Source: a virus (lineage: Duplodnaviria; Heunggongvirae; Uroviricota; Caudoviricetes). From it: DNA of 40,277 nt. The DNA lies in the IMG/VR virus record IMGVR_UViG_2563366843_000005, one strand, 5' to 3'. A program made the position numbers and the translations under genes. This document shows positions 28,566-38,300 of the stretch, piece by piece (within the stretch, counting starts at the first letter, position 1; each line of letters opens with the position of its first letter). The notes beneath the pieces were generated by a model, which was not told the origin of the DNA, searched no databases, and saw nothing but the letters and a program-made list of their open reading frames with translations.

Positions 28566-28913
28566 ATGGTGACGAAAACCATCACTGAACAGCGTGCGGA
28601 AGTACGTATTTTTGCCGGTAATGATCCGGCTCATACCGCCACAGGCAGCAGCGGGATTTCCTCGCCAACACCGGCACTGACGCCCCTGATGCTGGATGAA
28701 GCCACCGGGAAACTGGTGGTCTGGGACGGACAGAAAGCCGGTAGTGCGGTTGGCATACTGGTACTGCCGCTTGAAGGTACAGAGACGGCGCTGACGTATT
28801 ACAAGTCGGGAACCTTTGCGACGGAGGCAATCCACTGGCCTGAAAGTGTGGATGAACACAAAAAGGCCAACGCCTTTGCCGGCAGTGCCCTGAGTCACGC
28901 GGCGCTGCCGTAA
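28566..28913 (+). CDS. D: head decoration protein gpD
   Basis: 115 aa, lambda D-like (NDPAHTAT, TPLMLD, YKSGTF). Confidence 0.9.
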   Translation: MVTKTITEQRAEVRIFAGNDPAHTATGSSGISSPTPALTPLMLDEATGKLVVWDGQKAGSAVGILVLPLEGTETALTYYKSGTFATEAIHWPESVDEHKKANAFAGSALSHAALP

Positions 28914-28921
28914 CACGTTAT

Positions 28922-28941
28922 CAGGCCACCGCGGTGGCCTG
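28922..28941 (+). other. 20-bp perfect palindrome/hairpin between D and E
   Basis: CAGGCCACCGCGGTGGCCTG is self-complementary; intercistronic position. Confidence 0.4.
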
Positions 28942-28970
28942 ACTGATTTCTGAATGAAAGGAACTGATTT

Positions 28971-29999
28971 ATGGGATTGTTTACGACCCGCCAGTTACTC
29001 GGTTATACCGAACAAAAAGTTAAATTTCGTGCGCTGTTTCTGGAGCTGTTTTTCCGCCGTACGGTGAATTTCCATACCGAAGAGGTGATGCTGGACAAAA
29101 TTACCGGAAAAACGCCGGTGGCGGCCTATGTCTCCCCGGTTGTTGAAGGAAAAGTGCTGCGTCATCGTGGTGGTGAAACCCGCGTGTTGCGTCCGGGCTA
29201 CGTCAAGCCGAAACACGAATTTAATTACCAGCAGGCGGTTGAGCGCCTTCCTGGTGAAGATCCATCTCAACTGAACGATCCGGCTTACCGCCGTCTGCGT
29301 ATCATTACCGATAACCTCAAACAGGAAGAGCACGCGATTGTCCAGGTGGAAGAAATGCAGGCGGTAAATGCTGTGTTGTATGGCAAATACACCATGGAAG
29401 GAGACCAGTTCGAGAAAATTGAGGTCGATTTTGGCAGGTCGACGAAGAATAACATCACACAGGGTAGCGGTAAGGAATGGTCAAAACAGGATCGTGACAC
29501 GTTCGATCCTACACATGATATTGACCTTTACTGCGACCAGGCCAGCGGTCTTGTGAATATTGCCATCATGGACGGTACCGTCTGGCGTCTGCTGAATGGT
29601 TTTAAGCTGTTTCGCGAAAAACTGGATACCCGTCGCGGTTCAAATTCACAACTCGAAACGGCAGTGAAAGATCTGGGCGCAGTGGTGTCCTTCAAGGGGT
29701 ATTACGGCGATCTGGCTATTGTTGTGGCGAAAACGTCTTATGTGGCAGAGGACGGTATCGAAAAACGTTATCTTCCAGATGGCATGCTGGTCCTGGGGAA
29801 TACTGCTGCAGATGGGATCCGTTGTTACGGAGCCATTCAGGATGCGCAGGCGTTTTCCGAAGGTGTGGTGGCTTCTTCCCGTTATCCGAAACACTGGCTG
29901 ACGGTGGGGGATCCTGCCCGTGAATTTACCATGACGCAGTCCGCACCGCTGATGGTGTTGCCGGACCCGGATGAGTTTGTGGTGGTACAGGTGAAATAA
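28971..29999 (+). CDS. E: major capsid protein gpE
   Basis: 342 aa, lambda E-like throughout. Confidence 0.95.
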   Translation: MGLFTTRQLLGYTEQKVKFRALFLELFFRRTVNFHTEEVMLDKITGKTPVAAYVSPVVEGKVLRHRGGETRVLRPGYVKPKHEFNYQQAVERLPGEDPSQLNDPAYRRLRIITDNLKQEEHAIVQVEEMQAVNAVLYGKYTMEGDQFEKIEVDFGRSTKNNITQGSGKEWSKQDRDTFDPTHDIDLYCDQASGLVNIAIMDGTVWRLLNGFKLFREKLDTRRGSNSQLETAVKDLGAVVSFKGYYGDLAIVVAKTSYVAEDGIEKRYLPDGMLVLGNTAADGIRCYGAIQDAQAFSEGVVASSRYPKHWLTVGDPAREFTMTQSAPLMVLPDPDEFVVVQVK

Positions 30000-30007
30000 T
30001 CCGTGAG

Positions 30008-30036
30008 CGGGGGCGAAATGCCCCCGTGTCTTTTTT
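30008..30036 (+). terminator. intrinsic terminator-like hairpin after E
   Basis: Stem CGGGGGC/GCCCCCG, loop GAAAT, followed by TCTTTTTT. Confidence 0.55.
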
Positions 30037-30050
30037 CACAGGGGGCTGAT

Positions 30051-30425
30051 ATGGCAACGAAAGAGCAAAATCTGAAGCGGCTTGATGAACTGGCCCTGAT
30101 TCTGGGGCGTGAGCCGGATATATCCGGGAGTGCCGCAGAGATAGCGCAGCGGGTGGCGGAATGGGAAGAGGAAATGCAGTCATCCGGCGATGATGTACAG
30201 GTTATGAATATGGATATCCGGGAGCAGGAAACCGCGGCTCATGATGTTCGTGAGGAAACATCCGGCGCGTTAACGCGCATCAGAGTTCTGACCTGCCTCC
30301 ATCTCTGTGGCATTGATGGTGAAACGGGGGAATCCGTTGAGCTTGCGGATGTTGGTCGGGTGATTCTGATTATGTCCTCAGATGCAAAAACACACGTTGA
30401 TGGCGGAATGGCTGTTTATGCGTGA
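30051..30425 (+). CDS. FI: DNA-packaging protein gpFI
   Basis: Acidic protein in lambda FI position; start set at MATKEQNLKRLDEL. Confidence 0.75.
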   Translation: MATKEQNLKRLDELALILGREPDISGSAAEIAQRVAEWEEEMQSSGDDVQVMNMDIREQETAAHDVREETSGALTRIRVLTCLHLCGIDGETGESVELADVGRVILIMSSDAKTHVDGGMAVYA

Positions 30426-30771
30426 TTTTCAGAATGCCTTTGATGCCGCCCTTGCCGGGGTGGACAGTACGATTGTTGAAGTGATGGGCATCAGTGCGCA
30501 GTTCACCTCCGGTGCACAGCGTGGCGGCGAGGTTCATGGCGTTTTTGACGATCCGGAGTCGCTGGGTTTTGCCAGTAGTGGGATCCGTATTGAAGGAAGC
30601 AACCCGTCATTATTTGTGCTTACGGATACGGTTTGTGCTGTACGGCGTGGTGACACGCTGACCATTAACGGCGAGATATTCTGGGTGGATCGTGTTTCTC
30701 CGGATGACGGAGGGAGTTGTTATCTCTGGCTCAACCGGGGGCAACCACCTGCCGTTAACCGTCGCCGCTGA
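30418..30771 (+). CDS. FII: head-tail connector protein gpFII
   Basis: MRDFQNAFDAALAG... aligns with lambda FII; overlaps FI end. Confidence 0.85.
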   Translation: MRDFQNAFDAALAGVDSTIVEVMGISAQFTSGAQRGGEVHGVFDDPESLGFASSGIRIEGSNPSLFVLTDTVCAVRRGDTLTINGEIFWVDRVSPDDGGSCYLWLNRGQPPAVNRRR

Positions 30772-30781
30772 AAGGGGATGT

Positions 30782-31360
30782 ATGGCCATAAAAGGTCTTG
30801 AGCAGGCCGTTGAAAACCTCAGTCGTATCAGCAAAACGGCGGTGCCGGGTGCCGCCGCAATGGCCATTAACCGCGTTGCTTCATCCGCGATATCGCAGTC
30901 GGCGTCACAGGTTGCCCGTGAGACAAAGGTACGCCGGAAACTGGTAAAGGAAAGGGCTAGGCTGAAAAGGGCCACGGTCAAAAATCCGCAGGCCAGAATC
31001 AAAGTTAACCGGGGGGATTTGCCCGTAATCAAGCTGGGTAATGCGCGGGTTGTCCTGTCCCGACGCAGGCGTCGTAAAAAGGGGCAGCGTTCAGCCCTGA
31101 AAGGTGGCGGCAGTGTGCTTGTGGTGGGAAACCGTCGTATTCCCGGCGCGTTTATTCAGCAACTGAAAAATGGCCGCTGGCATGTCATGCAGCGTGTGGC
31201 GGGGAAAAACCGTTACCCCATTGATGTGGTGAAAATCCCGATGGCGGTGCCGCTTACCACGGCGTTTAAACAGAATATTGAGCGGATACGGCGTGAACGT
31301 CTTCCGAAAGAGCTGGGCTATGCGCTGCAGCATCAACTGAGAATGGTAATAAAGCGATGA
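30782..31360 (+). CDS. Z: minor tail protein gpZ
   Basis: 192 aa from MAIKGLEQAVENLSRISKTAVPG..., near-identical to lambda Z. Confidence 0.9.
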   Translation: MAIKGLEQAVENLSRISKTAVPGAAAMAINRVASSAISQSASQVARETKVRRKLVKERARLKRATVKNPQARIKVNRGDLPVIKLGNARVVLSRRRRRKKGQRSALKGGGSVLVVGNRRIPGAFIQQLKNGRWHVMQRVAGKNRYPIDVVKIPMAVPLTTAFKQNIERIRRERLPKELGYALQHQLRMVIKR

Positions 31361-31752
31361 AACATACTGAACTCCGAGCAGCCGTACTGGATGCACTGGA
31401 GAAGCATGACACCGGGGCGACGCTTTTTGATGGTCGCCCCGCTGTTTTTGATGAGGAAGATTTTCCGGCAATTGCCGTTTATCTCACCAGCGCTGAATAC
31501 ACGGGCGAAGAGCTGGACAGCGATACCTGGCAGGCGGAGCTGCATATTGAAGTTTTCCTGCCTGCTCAGGTGCCGGATTCAGAGCTGGATTCGTGGATGG
31601 AGTCCCGGATTTATCCGGTGATGAGCGATATCCCGGCACTGTCAGATTTGATCACCAGTATGGTGGCCAGTGGCTATGACTACCGACGCGACGATGATGC
31701 GGGCCTGTGGAGTTCAGCCGATCTGACTTATGTCATTACCTATGAAATGTGA
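31357..31752 (+). CDS. U: tail terminator protein gpU
   Basis: 131 aa, near-identical to lambda U. Confidence 0.9.
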   Translation: MKHTELRAAVLDALEKHDTGATLFDGRPAVFDEEDFPAIAVYLTSAEYTGEELDSDTWQAELHIEVFLPAQVPDSELDSWMESRIYPVMSDIPALSDLITSMVASGYDYRRDDDAGLWSSADLTYVITYEM

Positions 31753-31759
31753 GGACGAT

Positions 31760-32500
31760 ATGCCTGTACCAAATCCTACAATGCCGGTGAAAGGGGCCGG
31801 GACCACACTGTGGGTTTATAACGGGAGCGGCGACCCTTATGCAAACCCGCTTTCAGACAATGACTGGTCGCGTCTGGCAAAGGTTAAAGACCTGACGCCC
31901 GGCGAACTGACCGCTGAGTCCTATGACGACAGTTATCTCGATGATGAAGATGCGGACTGGACCGCGACCGGACAGGGGCAGAAATCTGCCGGAGATACCA
32001 GCTTCACGCTGGCGTGGATGCCCGGAGAGCAGGGGCAGCAGGCGCTGCTGGCGTGGTTTAATGAAGGTGATACCCGTGCCTATAAAATCCGCTTCCCGAA
32101 CGGCACGGTCGATGTGTTCCGCGGCTGGGTCAGCAGTATCGGTAAGGCGGTGACGGCGAAGGACGTGATCACCCGCACGGTGAAAGTCACCAACGTAGGA
32201 CGTCCGTCGATGGCAGAAGATCGCAGCACGGTAACAGCGGCAACCGGTATGACCGTGACGCCAGCCAGTGCTTCCGTAGTGAAAGGGCAGAGCACCACGC
32301 TGACCGTGGCATTCCAGCCGGAAGGTGTAACCGACAAGAGCTTCCGTGCGGTGTCTGCGGATAAAACAAAAGCCACCGTGTCGGTCAGTGGTATGACCAT
32401 CACCGTGAACGGCGTTGCTGCAGGCAAGGTCAACATTCCGGTTGTATCCGGTAATGGTGAGTTTGCTGCGGTTGCAGAAATCACCGTCACCGCCAGTTAA
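31760..32500 (+). CDS. V: major tail tube protein gpV
   Basis: 246 aa from [20 protein letters not shown]..., lambda V-like including C-terminal Ig-like domain. Confidence 0.9.
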   Translation: MPVPNPTMPVKGAGTTLWVYNGSGDPYANPLSDNDWSRLAKVKDLTPGELTAESYDDSYLDDEDADWTATGQGQKSAGDTSFTLAWMPGEQGQQALLAWFNEGDTRAYKIRFPNGTVDVFRGWVSSIGKAVTAKDVITRTVKVTNVGRPSMAEDRSTVTAATGMTVTPASASVVKGQSTTLTVAFQPEGVTDKSFRAVSADKTKATVSVSGMTITVNGVAAGKVNIPVVSGNGEFAAVAEITVTAS

Positions 32501-32515
32501 TCCGGAGAGTCAGCG

Positions 32516-32929
32516 ATGTTCCTGAAAACCGAATCATTTGAATATAACGGCGTGACCGTCACGCTTTCTGAACTGTCAGCCCTGCAGCGTATTGAGCATC
32601 TCGCCCTGATGAAACAGCAGGCAGAATCCGACAGTAACCGGAAGTTTACTGTGGAAGACGTCATCAGAACCGGCGCTTTTGTGGTGGCGATGTCTCTGTG
32701 GCATAACCATCCGAAGAAGACGCAGATGCCGTCCATGAATGAAGCCGTTAAACAGATTGAGCAGGAAGTGCTTACCACCTGGCCCACAGAGGCAATTTCT
32801 CATGCTGAAAACGTGGTGTACCGGCTGTCCGGTATGTATGAGTTTGTGGTGAATAATGCCCCTGAACAGGCAGAGGACGCCGGGTCTGCAGAGCCTGTTT
32901 CTGCGGGAAAGTGTTCGACGGTGAGCTGA
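32516..32929 (+). CDS. G: tail assembly chaperone gpG
   Basis: 137 aa, lambda G-like; ends just after the slippery heptamer. Confidence 0.85.
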   Translation: MFLKTESFEYNGVTVTLSELSALQRIEHLALMKQQAESDSNRKFTVEDVIRTGAFVVAMSLWHNHPKKTQMPSMNEAVKQIEQEVLTTWPTEAISHAENVVYRLSGMYEFVVNNAPEQAEDAGSAEPVSAGKCSTVS

Positions 32930-33345
32930 GTTTTGCCCTGAAACTGGCGCGTGAGATGGGGCGACCCGACTGGCGCGCCATGCTTGCCGGGATGTCATCC
33001 ACGGAGTATGCCGACTGGCACCGTTTTTACAGTACCCATTATTTTCATGATGTTCTGCTGGATATGCACTTTTCCGGGCTGACGTACACCGTGCTCAGCC
33101 TGTTTTTCAGCGATCCGGAGATGCATCCGCTGGATTTCAGTCTGCTGAACCGGTGTGAGGCTGACGAAGAGCCTGAAGATGATGTGCTGATGCAGAAAGC
33201 GGCAGGGCTTGCCGGAGGCGTCCGCTTTGGTCCGGACGGGAATAAAGTTATCCCCGCTTCCCCGGATGTGGCGGACATGACGGAGGATGACGTAATGCTG
33301 ATGACAGTATCAGAAGGGATCGCAGGAGGAGTCCGGTATGGCTGA
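32516..33345 (+). CDS. GT: tail assembly protein gpGT, produced by programmed -1 ribosomal frameshift at GGGAAAG (32905-32911)
   Basis: Slippery heptamer GGGAAAG near the end of G; -1 frame continues as the lambda T-like ORF 32911-33345 ending just after the H start. Confidence 0.8.
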
Positions 33346-35899
33346 ACCGGTAGGCGATCTGGTCGTTGATTTAAGTCTGGATGCGGCCAGATTTGACGAG
33401 CAGATGGCCAGAGTCAGGCGTCATTTTTCCGGTACGGAAAGTGATGCGAAAAAAACAGCGGCAGTCGTTGAACAGTCGATGAACCGGCAGGCGCTGGCTG
33501 CACAGAAAGCGGGGATTTCCGTCGGGCAGTATAAAGCCGCCATGCGTATGCTGCCTGCACAGTTCACCGACGTGGCCACGCAGCTTGCAGGCGGGCAAAG
33601 CCCGTGGCTGATCCTGCTGCAACAGGGTGGTCAGGTTAAGGACTCCTTCGGCGGGATGATCCCCATGTTCCGGGGGCTTGCCGGTGCGATCACCCTGCCG
33701 ATGGTCGGGGCCACCTCGCTGGCGGTGGCGACCGGTGCGCTGGCGTATGCCTGGTATCAGGGTAACTCAACCCTGTCCGATTTCAACAAAACGCTGGTCC
33801 TTTCCGGTAATCAGTCGGGTCTGACGGCAGATCGTATGCTGGTCCTGTCCAGAGCCGGGCAGGCGGCAGGGCTGACGTTTAACCAGACCAGCGAGTCACT
33901 CAGTGCACTGGTTAAGGCGGGGGTAAGCGGTGAGGCTCAGATTGCGTCCATCAGCCAGAGTGTGGCGCGTTTCTCTTCTGCATCCGGCGTGGAGGTGGAC
34001 AAGGTCGCTGAAGCCTTCGGGAAGCTGACCACTGACCCGACGTCGGGGCTGACGGCGATGGCGCGCCAGTTCCATAACGTGACGGCGGAGCAGATTGCGT
34101 ATGTTGCTCAGTTGCAGCGTTCCGGCGATGAAGCCGGGGCATTGCAGGCGGCGAACGAGGCAGCAACGAAAGGGTTTGATGACCAGACCCGACGCCTGAA
34201 AGAGAACATGGGCACGCTGGAAACCTGGGCAGACAGGACAGCACGGGCATTCAAATCCATGTGGGATGCGGTGCTGGATATTGGTCGTCCTGATACCGCT
34301 CAGGAGATGCTGATTAAGGCAGAGGCTGCGTTTAAGAAAGCGGACGACATCTGGAATCTGCGCAAGGATGATTATTTTGTTAACGATGAAGCGCGGGCGC
34401 GTTACTGGGATGATCGTGAAAAGGCCCGTCTTGCGCTTGAAGCCGCCCGAAAGAAGGCTGAACAGCAGAGTCAACAGGACAAAAATGCGCAGCAGCAGAG
34501 CGATACCGAAGCATCACGGCTGAAATATACCGAAGAGGCGCAGAAGGCTTACGAACGGCTGCAGACACCGCTGGAGAAATATACCGCCCGTCAGGAAGAA
34601 CTGAACAAGGCACTGAAAGACGGGAAAATCCTGCAGGCGGATTACAACACACTGATGGCGGCGGCGAAAAAGGATTATGAAGCGACGCTGAAAAAGCCGA
34701 AACAGTCCGGCGTGAAGGTGTCTGCGGGCGATCGTCAGGAAGACAGTGCTCATGCTGCCCTGCTGACGCTTCAGGCAGAACTCCGGACGCTGGAGAAGCA
34801 TGCCGGAGCGAATGAGAAAATCAGCCAGCAGCGCCGGGATTTGTGGAAGGCAGAAAGTCAGTTCGCGGTACTGGAGGAGGCGGCACAACGTCGCCAGCTG
34901 TCCGCACAGGAGAAATCCCTGCTGGCGCATAAAGATGAGACGCTGGAGTACAAACGCCAGCTGGCTGCACTTGGCGACAAGGTTACGTATCAGGAGCGCC
35001 TGAACGCGCTGGCGCAGCAGGCGGATAAATTCGCACAGCAGCAACGGGCAAAACGGGCCGCCATTGATGCGAAAAGCCGGGGGCTGACTGACCGGCAGGC
35101 AGAACGGGAAGCCACGGAACAGCGCCTGAAGGAACAGTATGGCGATAATCCGCTGGCGCTGAATAACGTCATGTCAGAGCAGAAAAAGACCTGGGCGGCT
35201 GAAGACCAGCTTCGCGGGAGCTGGATGGCAGGCCTGAAGTCCGGCTGGAGTGAGTGGGAAGAGAGCGCCACGGACAGTATGTCGCAGGTAAAAAGTGCAG
35301 CCACGCAGACCTTTGATGGTATTGCACAGAATATGGCAGCGATGCTGACCGGCAGTGAGCAGAACTGGCGCAGCTTCACCCGTTCCGTGCTGTCCATGAT
35401 GACAGAAATTCTGCTTAAGCAGGCAATGGTGGGGATTGTCGGGAGTATCGGCAGCGCCATTGGCGGGGCTGTTGGTGGCGGCGCATCCGCATCAGGCGGT
35501 ACAGCCATTCAGGCCGCTGCGGCGAAATTCCATTTTGCAACCGGAGGATTTACGGGAACCGGCGGCAAATATGAGCCAGCGGGGATTGTTCACCGTGGTG
35601 AATTTGTCTTCACGAAGGAGGCAACCAGCCGGATTGGCGTGGGGAATCTCTACCGGCTGATGCGCGGCTATGCCACCGGTGGTTATGTCGGTACACCGGG
35701 CAGTCTGGCTGACAGCCGGTCGCAGGTGTCCGGGACGTTTGAGCAGAATAACCATGTGGTGATTAACAACGACGGCACGAACGGGCAGATAGGTCCGGCT
35801 GCTCTGAAGGCGGTGTATGACATGGCCCGCAAGGGTGCCCGTGATGAAATTCAGACACAGATGCGTGATGGTGGCCTGTTCTCCGGAGGTGGACGATGA
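33338..35899 (+). CDS. H: tail tape-measure protein gpH
   Basis: 853 aa, same length as lambda H; coiled-coil Ala/Gln-rich. Confidence 0.95.
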   Translation: MAEPVGDLVVDLSLDAARFDEQMARVRRHFSGTESDAKKTAAVVEQSMNRQALAAQKAGISVGQYKAAMRMLPAQFTDVATQLAGGQSPWLILLQQGGQVKDSFGGMIPMFRGLAGAITLPMVGATSLAVATGALAYAWYQGNSTLSDFNKTLVLSGNQSGLTADRMLVLSRAGQAAGLTFNQTSESLSALVKAGVSGEAQIASISQSVARFSSASGVEVDKVAEAFGKLTTDPTSGLTAMARQFHNVTAEQIAYVAQLQRSGDEAGALQAANEAATKGFDDQTRRLKENMGTLETWADRTARAFKSMWDAVLDIGRPDTAQEMLIKAEAAFKKADDIWNLRKDDYFVNDEARARYWDDREKARLALEAARKKAEQQSQQDKNAQQQSDTEASRLKYTEEAQKAYERLQTPLEKYTARQEELNKALKDGKILQADYNTLMAAAKKDYEATLKKPKQSGVKVSAGDRQEDSAHAALLTLQAELRTLEKHAGANEKISQQRRDLWKAESQFAVLEEAAQRRQLSAQEKSLLAHKDETLEYKRQLAALGDKVTYQERLNALAQQADKFAQQQRAKRAAIDAKSRGLTDRQAEREATEQRLKEQYGDNPLALNNVMSEQKKTWAAEDQLRGSWMAGLKSGWSEWEESATDSMSQVKSAATQTFDGIAQNMAAMLTGSEQNWRSFTRSVLSMMTEILLKQAMVGIVGSIGSAIGGAVGGGASASGGTAIQAAAAKFHFATGGFTGTGGKYEPAGIVHRGEFVFTKEATSRIGVGNLYRLMRGYATGGYVGTPGSLADSRSQVSGTFEQNNHVVINNDGTNGQIGPAALKAVYDMARKGARDEIQTQMRDGGLFSGGGR

Positions 35900-36225
35900 A
35901 AACCTTCCGCTGGAAAGTGAAACCCGGTATGGATGTGGCTTCGGCCCCTTCTGTAAGAAAGGTGCGCTTTGGTGATGGCTATTCCCAGCGAGCGCCTGCC
36001 GGGCTGAATGCCAACCTGAAAACGTACAGCGTGACGCTTTCTGTCCCCCGTGAGGAGGCCACGGTACTGGAGTCGTTTCTGGAAGAGCACGGGGGCTGGA
36101 AAGCCTTTCTGTGGACGCCGCCTTATGAGTGGCGGCAGATAAAGGTGACCTGCGCAAAATGGTCGTCGCGGGTCAGTATGCTGCGTGTTGAGTTCAGCGC
36201 AGAGTTTGAACAGGTGGTGAACTGA
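35896..36225 (+). CDS. M: minor tail protein gpM
   Basis: 109 aa, lambda M-like. Confidence 0.9.
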   Translation: MKTFRWKVKPGMDVASAPSVRKVRFGDGYSQRAPAGLNANLKTYSVTLSVPREEATVLESFLEEHGGWKAFLWTPPYEWRQIKVTCAKWSSRVSMLRVEFSAEFEQVVN

Positions 36226-36923
36226 TGCAGGATATCCGGCAGGAAACACTGAATGAATGCACCCGTGCGGAGCAGTCGGCCAGCGTGGTGCTCTGGGAAA
36301 TCGACCTGACAGAGGTCGGTGGAGAACGTTATTTTTTCTGTAATGAGCAGAACGAAAAAGGTGAGCCGGTCACCTGGCAGGGGCGACAGTATCAGCCGTA
36401 TCCCATTCAGGGGAGTGGTTTTGAACTGAATGGCAAAGGCACCAGTACGCGCCCCACGCTGACGGTTTCTAACCTGTACGGTATGGTCACCGGAATGGCG
36501 GAAGATCTGCAGAGTCTGGTCGGCGGAACGGTGGTCCGGCGTAAGGTTTACGCCCGTTTTCTGGATGCGGTGAACTTCGTCAACGGAAACAGCGATGCCG
36601 ATCCGGAGCAGGAGGTGATCAGCCGCTGGCGCGTCGAGCAGTGCAGCGAACTGAGCGCGGTCAGTGCCTCCTTTGTGTTGTCCACGCCGACGGAAACGGA
36701 TGGTGCTGTTTTTCCGGGGCGCATCATGCTGGCCAACACCTGCACCTGGACCTATCGCGGTGATGAGTGCGGTTATAGCGGTCCGGCGGTCGCGGATGAA
36801 TATGACCAGCCGACGTCCGATATCACGAAGGATAAATGCAGCAAATGCCTGAGTGGCTGTAAGTTTCGCAATAACGTCGGCAACTTTGGCGGCTTCCTTT
36901 CCATTAACAAACTTTCGCAGTAA
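36225..36923 (+). CDS. L: minor tail protein gpL
   Basis: 232 aa, lambda L-like with C-terminal Cys cluster. Confidence 0.9.
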   Translation: MQDIRQETLNECTRAEQSASVVLWEIDLTEVGGERYFFCNEQNEKGEPVTWQGRQYQPYPIQGSGFELNGKGTSTRPTLTVSNLYGMVTGMAEDLQSLVGGTVVRRKVYARFLDAVNFVNGNSDADPEQEVISRWRVEQCSELSAVSASFVLSTPTETDGAVFPGRIMLANTCTWTYRGDECGYSGPAVADEYDQPTSDITKDKCSKCLSGCKFRNNVGNFGGFLSINKLSQ

Positions 36924-36927
36924 TCCC

Positions 36928-37671
36928 ATGACAGAGACAGAATCAGCGATTCTGGCGCACGCCCGGCGATGTGCGCCAGCGGAGTCGTGCGGCTTCGTGG
37001 TGAGAACGCCGGAGGGGGAAAGATATTTTCCCTGCGTGAATATTTCCGGTGAGCCGGAGGATTATTTCCGGATGGCTCCGGAGGACTGGCTGCAGGCAGA
37101 AATGCAGGGTGAGATTGTGGCGCTGGTCCACAGCCACCCCGGTGGTCTGCCCTGGCTGAGTGAGGCTGACCGGCGGCTGCAGGTGCAGAGTGATTTGCCG
37201 TGGTGGCTGGTCTGCCGGGGGGCGATTCACAAGTTCCGCTGTGTGCCACATCTTACCGGGCGTCGCTTTGAGCACGGGGTGACGGACTGTTACACGCTGT
37301 TCCGGGATGCTTATCATCTGGCGGGGATTGAGATGCCGGATTTTCATCGCGGGGATGACTGGTGGCGTAACGGTCAGAATCTCTATCTTGACAATATGGA
37401 GGCGACTGGTTTTTACCGTGTCGCACTGACAGAGGCGCAGCCTGGCGACGTGCTGCTGTGCTGCTTTGGTTCATCGGTGCCGAATCATGCCGCAATTTAC
37501 TGCGGCGACGGCGAGCTGCTGCACCATATTCCTGAACAACTGAGTAAACGAGAGAGGTATACCGACAAATGGCAGCGACGCACACACTCCCTCTGGCGTC
37601 ACCGGGAATGGCACGCATCTGCCTTTACGGGGATTTGCAACGATTTGGCCGCCGCATCGACCTTCGTGTGA
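36928..37671 (+). CDS. K: tail assembly protein gpK (MPN/JAMM plus NlpC/P60 domains)
   Basis: MTETESAILAHARRCAPAESCGF... matches lambda K; HSHP JAMM motif. Confidence 0.85.
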   Translation: MTETESAILAHARRCAPAESCGFVVRTPEGERYFPCVNISGEPEDYFRMAPEDWLQAEMQGEIVALVHSHPGGLPWLSEADRRLQVQSDLPWWLVCRGAIHKFRCVPHLTGRRFEHGVTDCYTLFRDAYHLAGIEMPDFHRGDDWWRNGQNLYLDNMEATGFYRVALTEAQPGDVLLCCFGSSVPNHAAIYCGDGELLHHIPEQLSKRERYTDKWQRRTHSLWRHREWHASAFTGICNDLAAASTFV

Positions 37672-38240
37672 AAACGGGGGCTGAAGCCATCCGCGCACTG
37701 GCCACACAGCTCCCGGCGTTTCGTCAGAAACTGAGCGACGGCTGGTATCAGGTACGGATTGCCGGGCGGGACGTCAGCACGTCCGGATTAACGGCGCAGT
37801 TACATGAGACTCTGCCTGATGGCGCTGTGATTCATATTGTTCCCAGAGTCGCCGGGGCCAAGTCAGGTGGTGTATTCCAGATTGTCCTGGGAGCAGCCGC
37901 CATTGCCGGATCATTCTTTACCGCCGGAGCCACCCTTGCAGCATGGGGGGCAGCCATTGGTGCCGGTGGTATGACCGGCATTTTGTTTTCTCTCGGTGCC
38001 AGTATGGTGCTCGGTGGTGTGGCTCAGATGCTGGCACCGAAAGCCAGAACTCCCCGCACACAGACAACGGATAACGGTAAGCAGAACACCTATTTCTCCT
38101 CACTGGATAACATGGTTGCCCAGGGGAATGTTCTGCCCGTTCTGTACGGTGAAATGCGCGTGGGGTCACGCGTGATTTCTCAGGAGATCAGCACGGCAGA
38201 CGAAGGGGATGGTGGTCAGGTTGTGGTGATTGGTCGCTGA
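37569..38240 (+). CDS. I: tail assembly protein gpI
   Basis: 223 aa, near-identical to lambda I; overlaps the 3' end of K. Confidence 0.9.
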   Translation: MAATHTLPLASPGMARICLYGDLQRFGRRIDLRVKTGAEAIRALATQLPAFRQKLSDGWYQVRIAGRDVSTSGLTAQLHETLPDGAVIHIVPRVAGAKSGGVFQIVLGAAAIAGSFFTAGATLAAWGAAIGAGGMTGILFSLGASMVLGGVAQMLAPKARTPRTQTTDNGKQNTYFSSLDNMVAQGNVLPVLYGEMRVGSRVISQEISTADEGDGGQVVVIGR

Positions 38241-38300
38241 TGCAAAATGTTTTATGTGAAACCGCCTCCGGGCGGTTTTATCGTTTATGGATCATGACGA

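Noticed and set aside
34514-35044. 176-aa minus-strand ORF and neighbouring antisense ORFs (33896-34474, 34990-35508, 35492-36157)
   Set aside because: All lie antisense within tape-measure gene H, which is full-length (853 aa) in the plus frame.
36123-36929. 268-aa minus-strand ORF
   Set aside because: Antisense to tail genes M and L, both intact lambda homologues on the plus strand.
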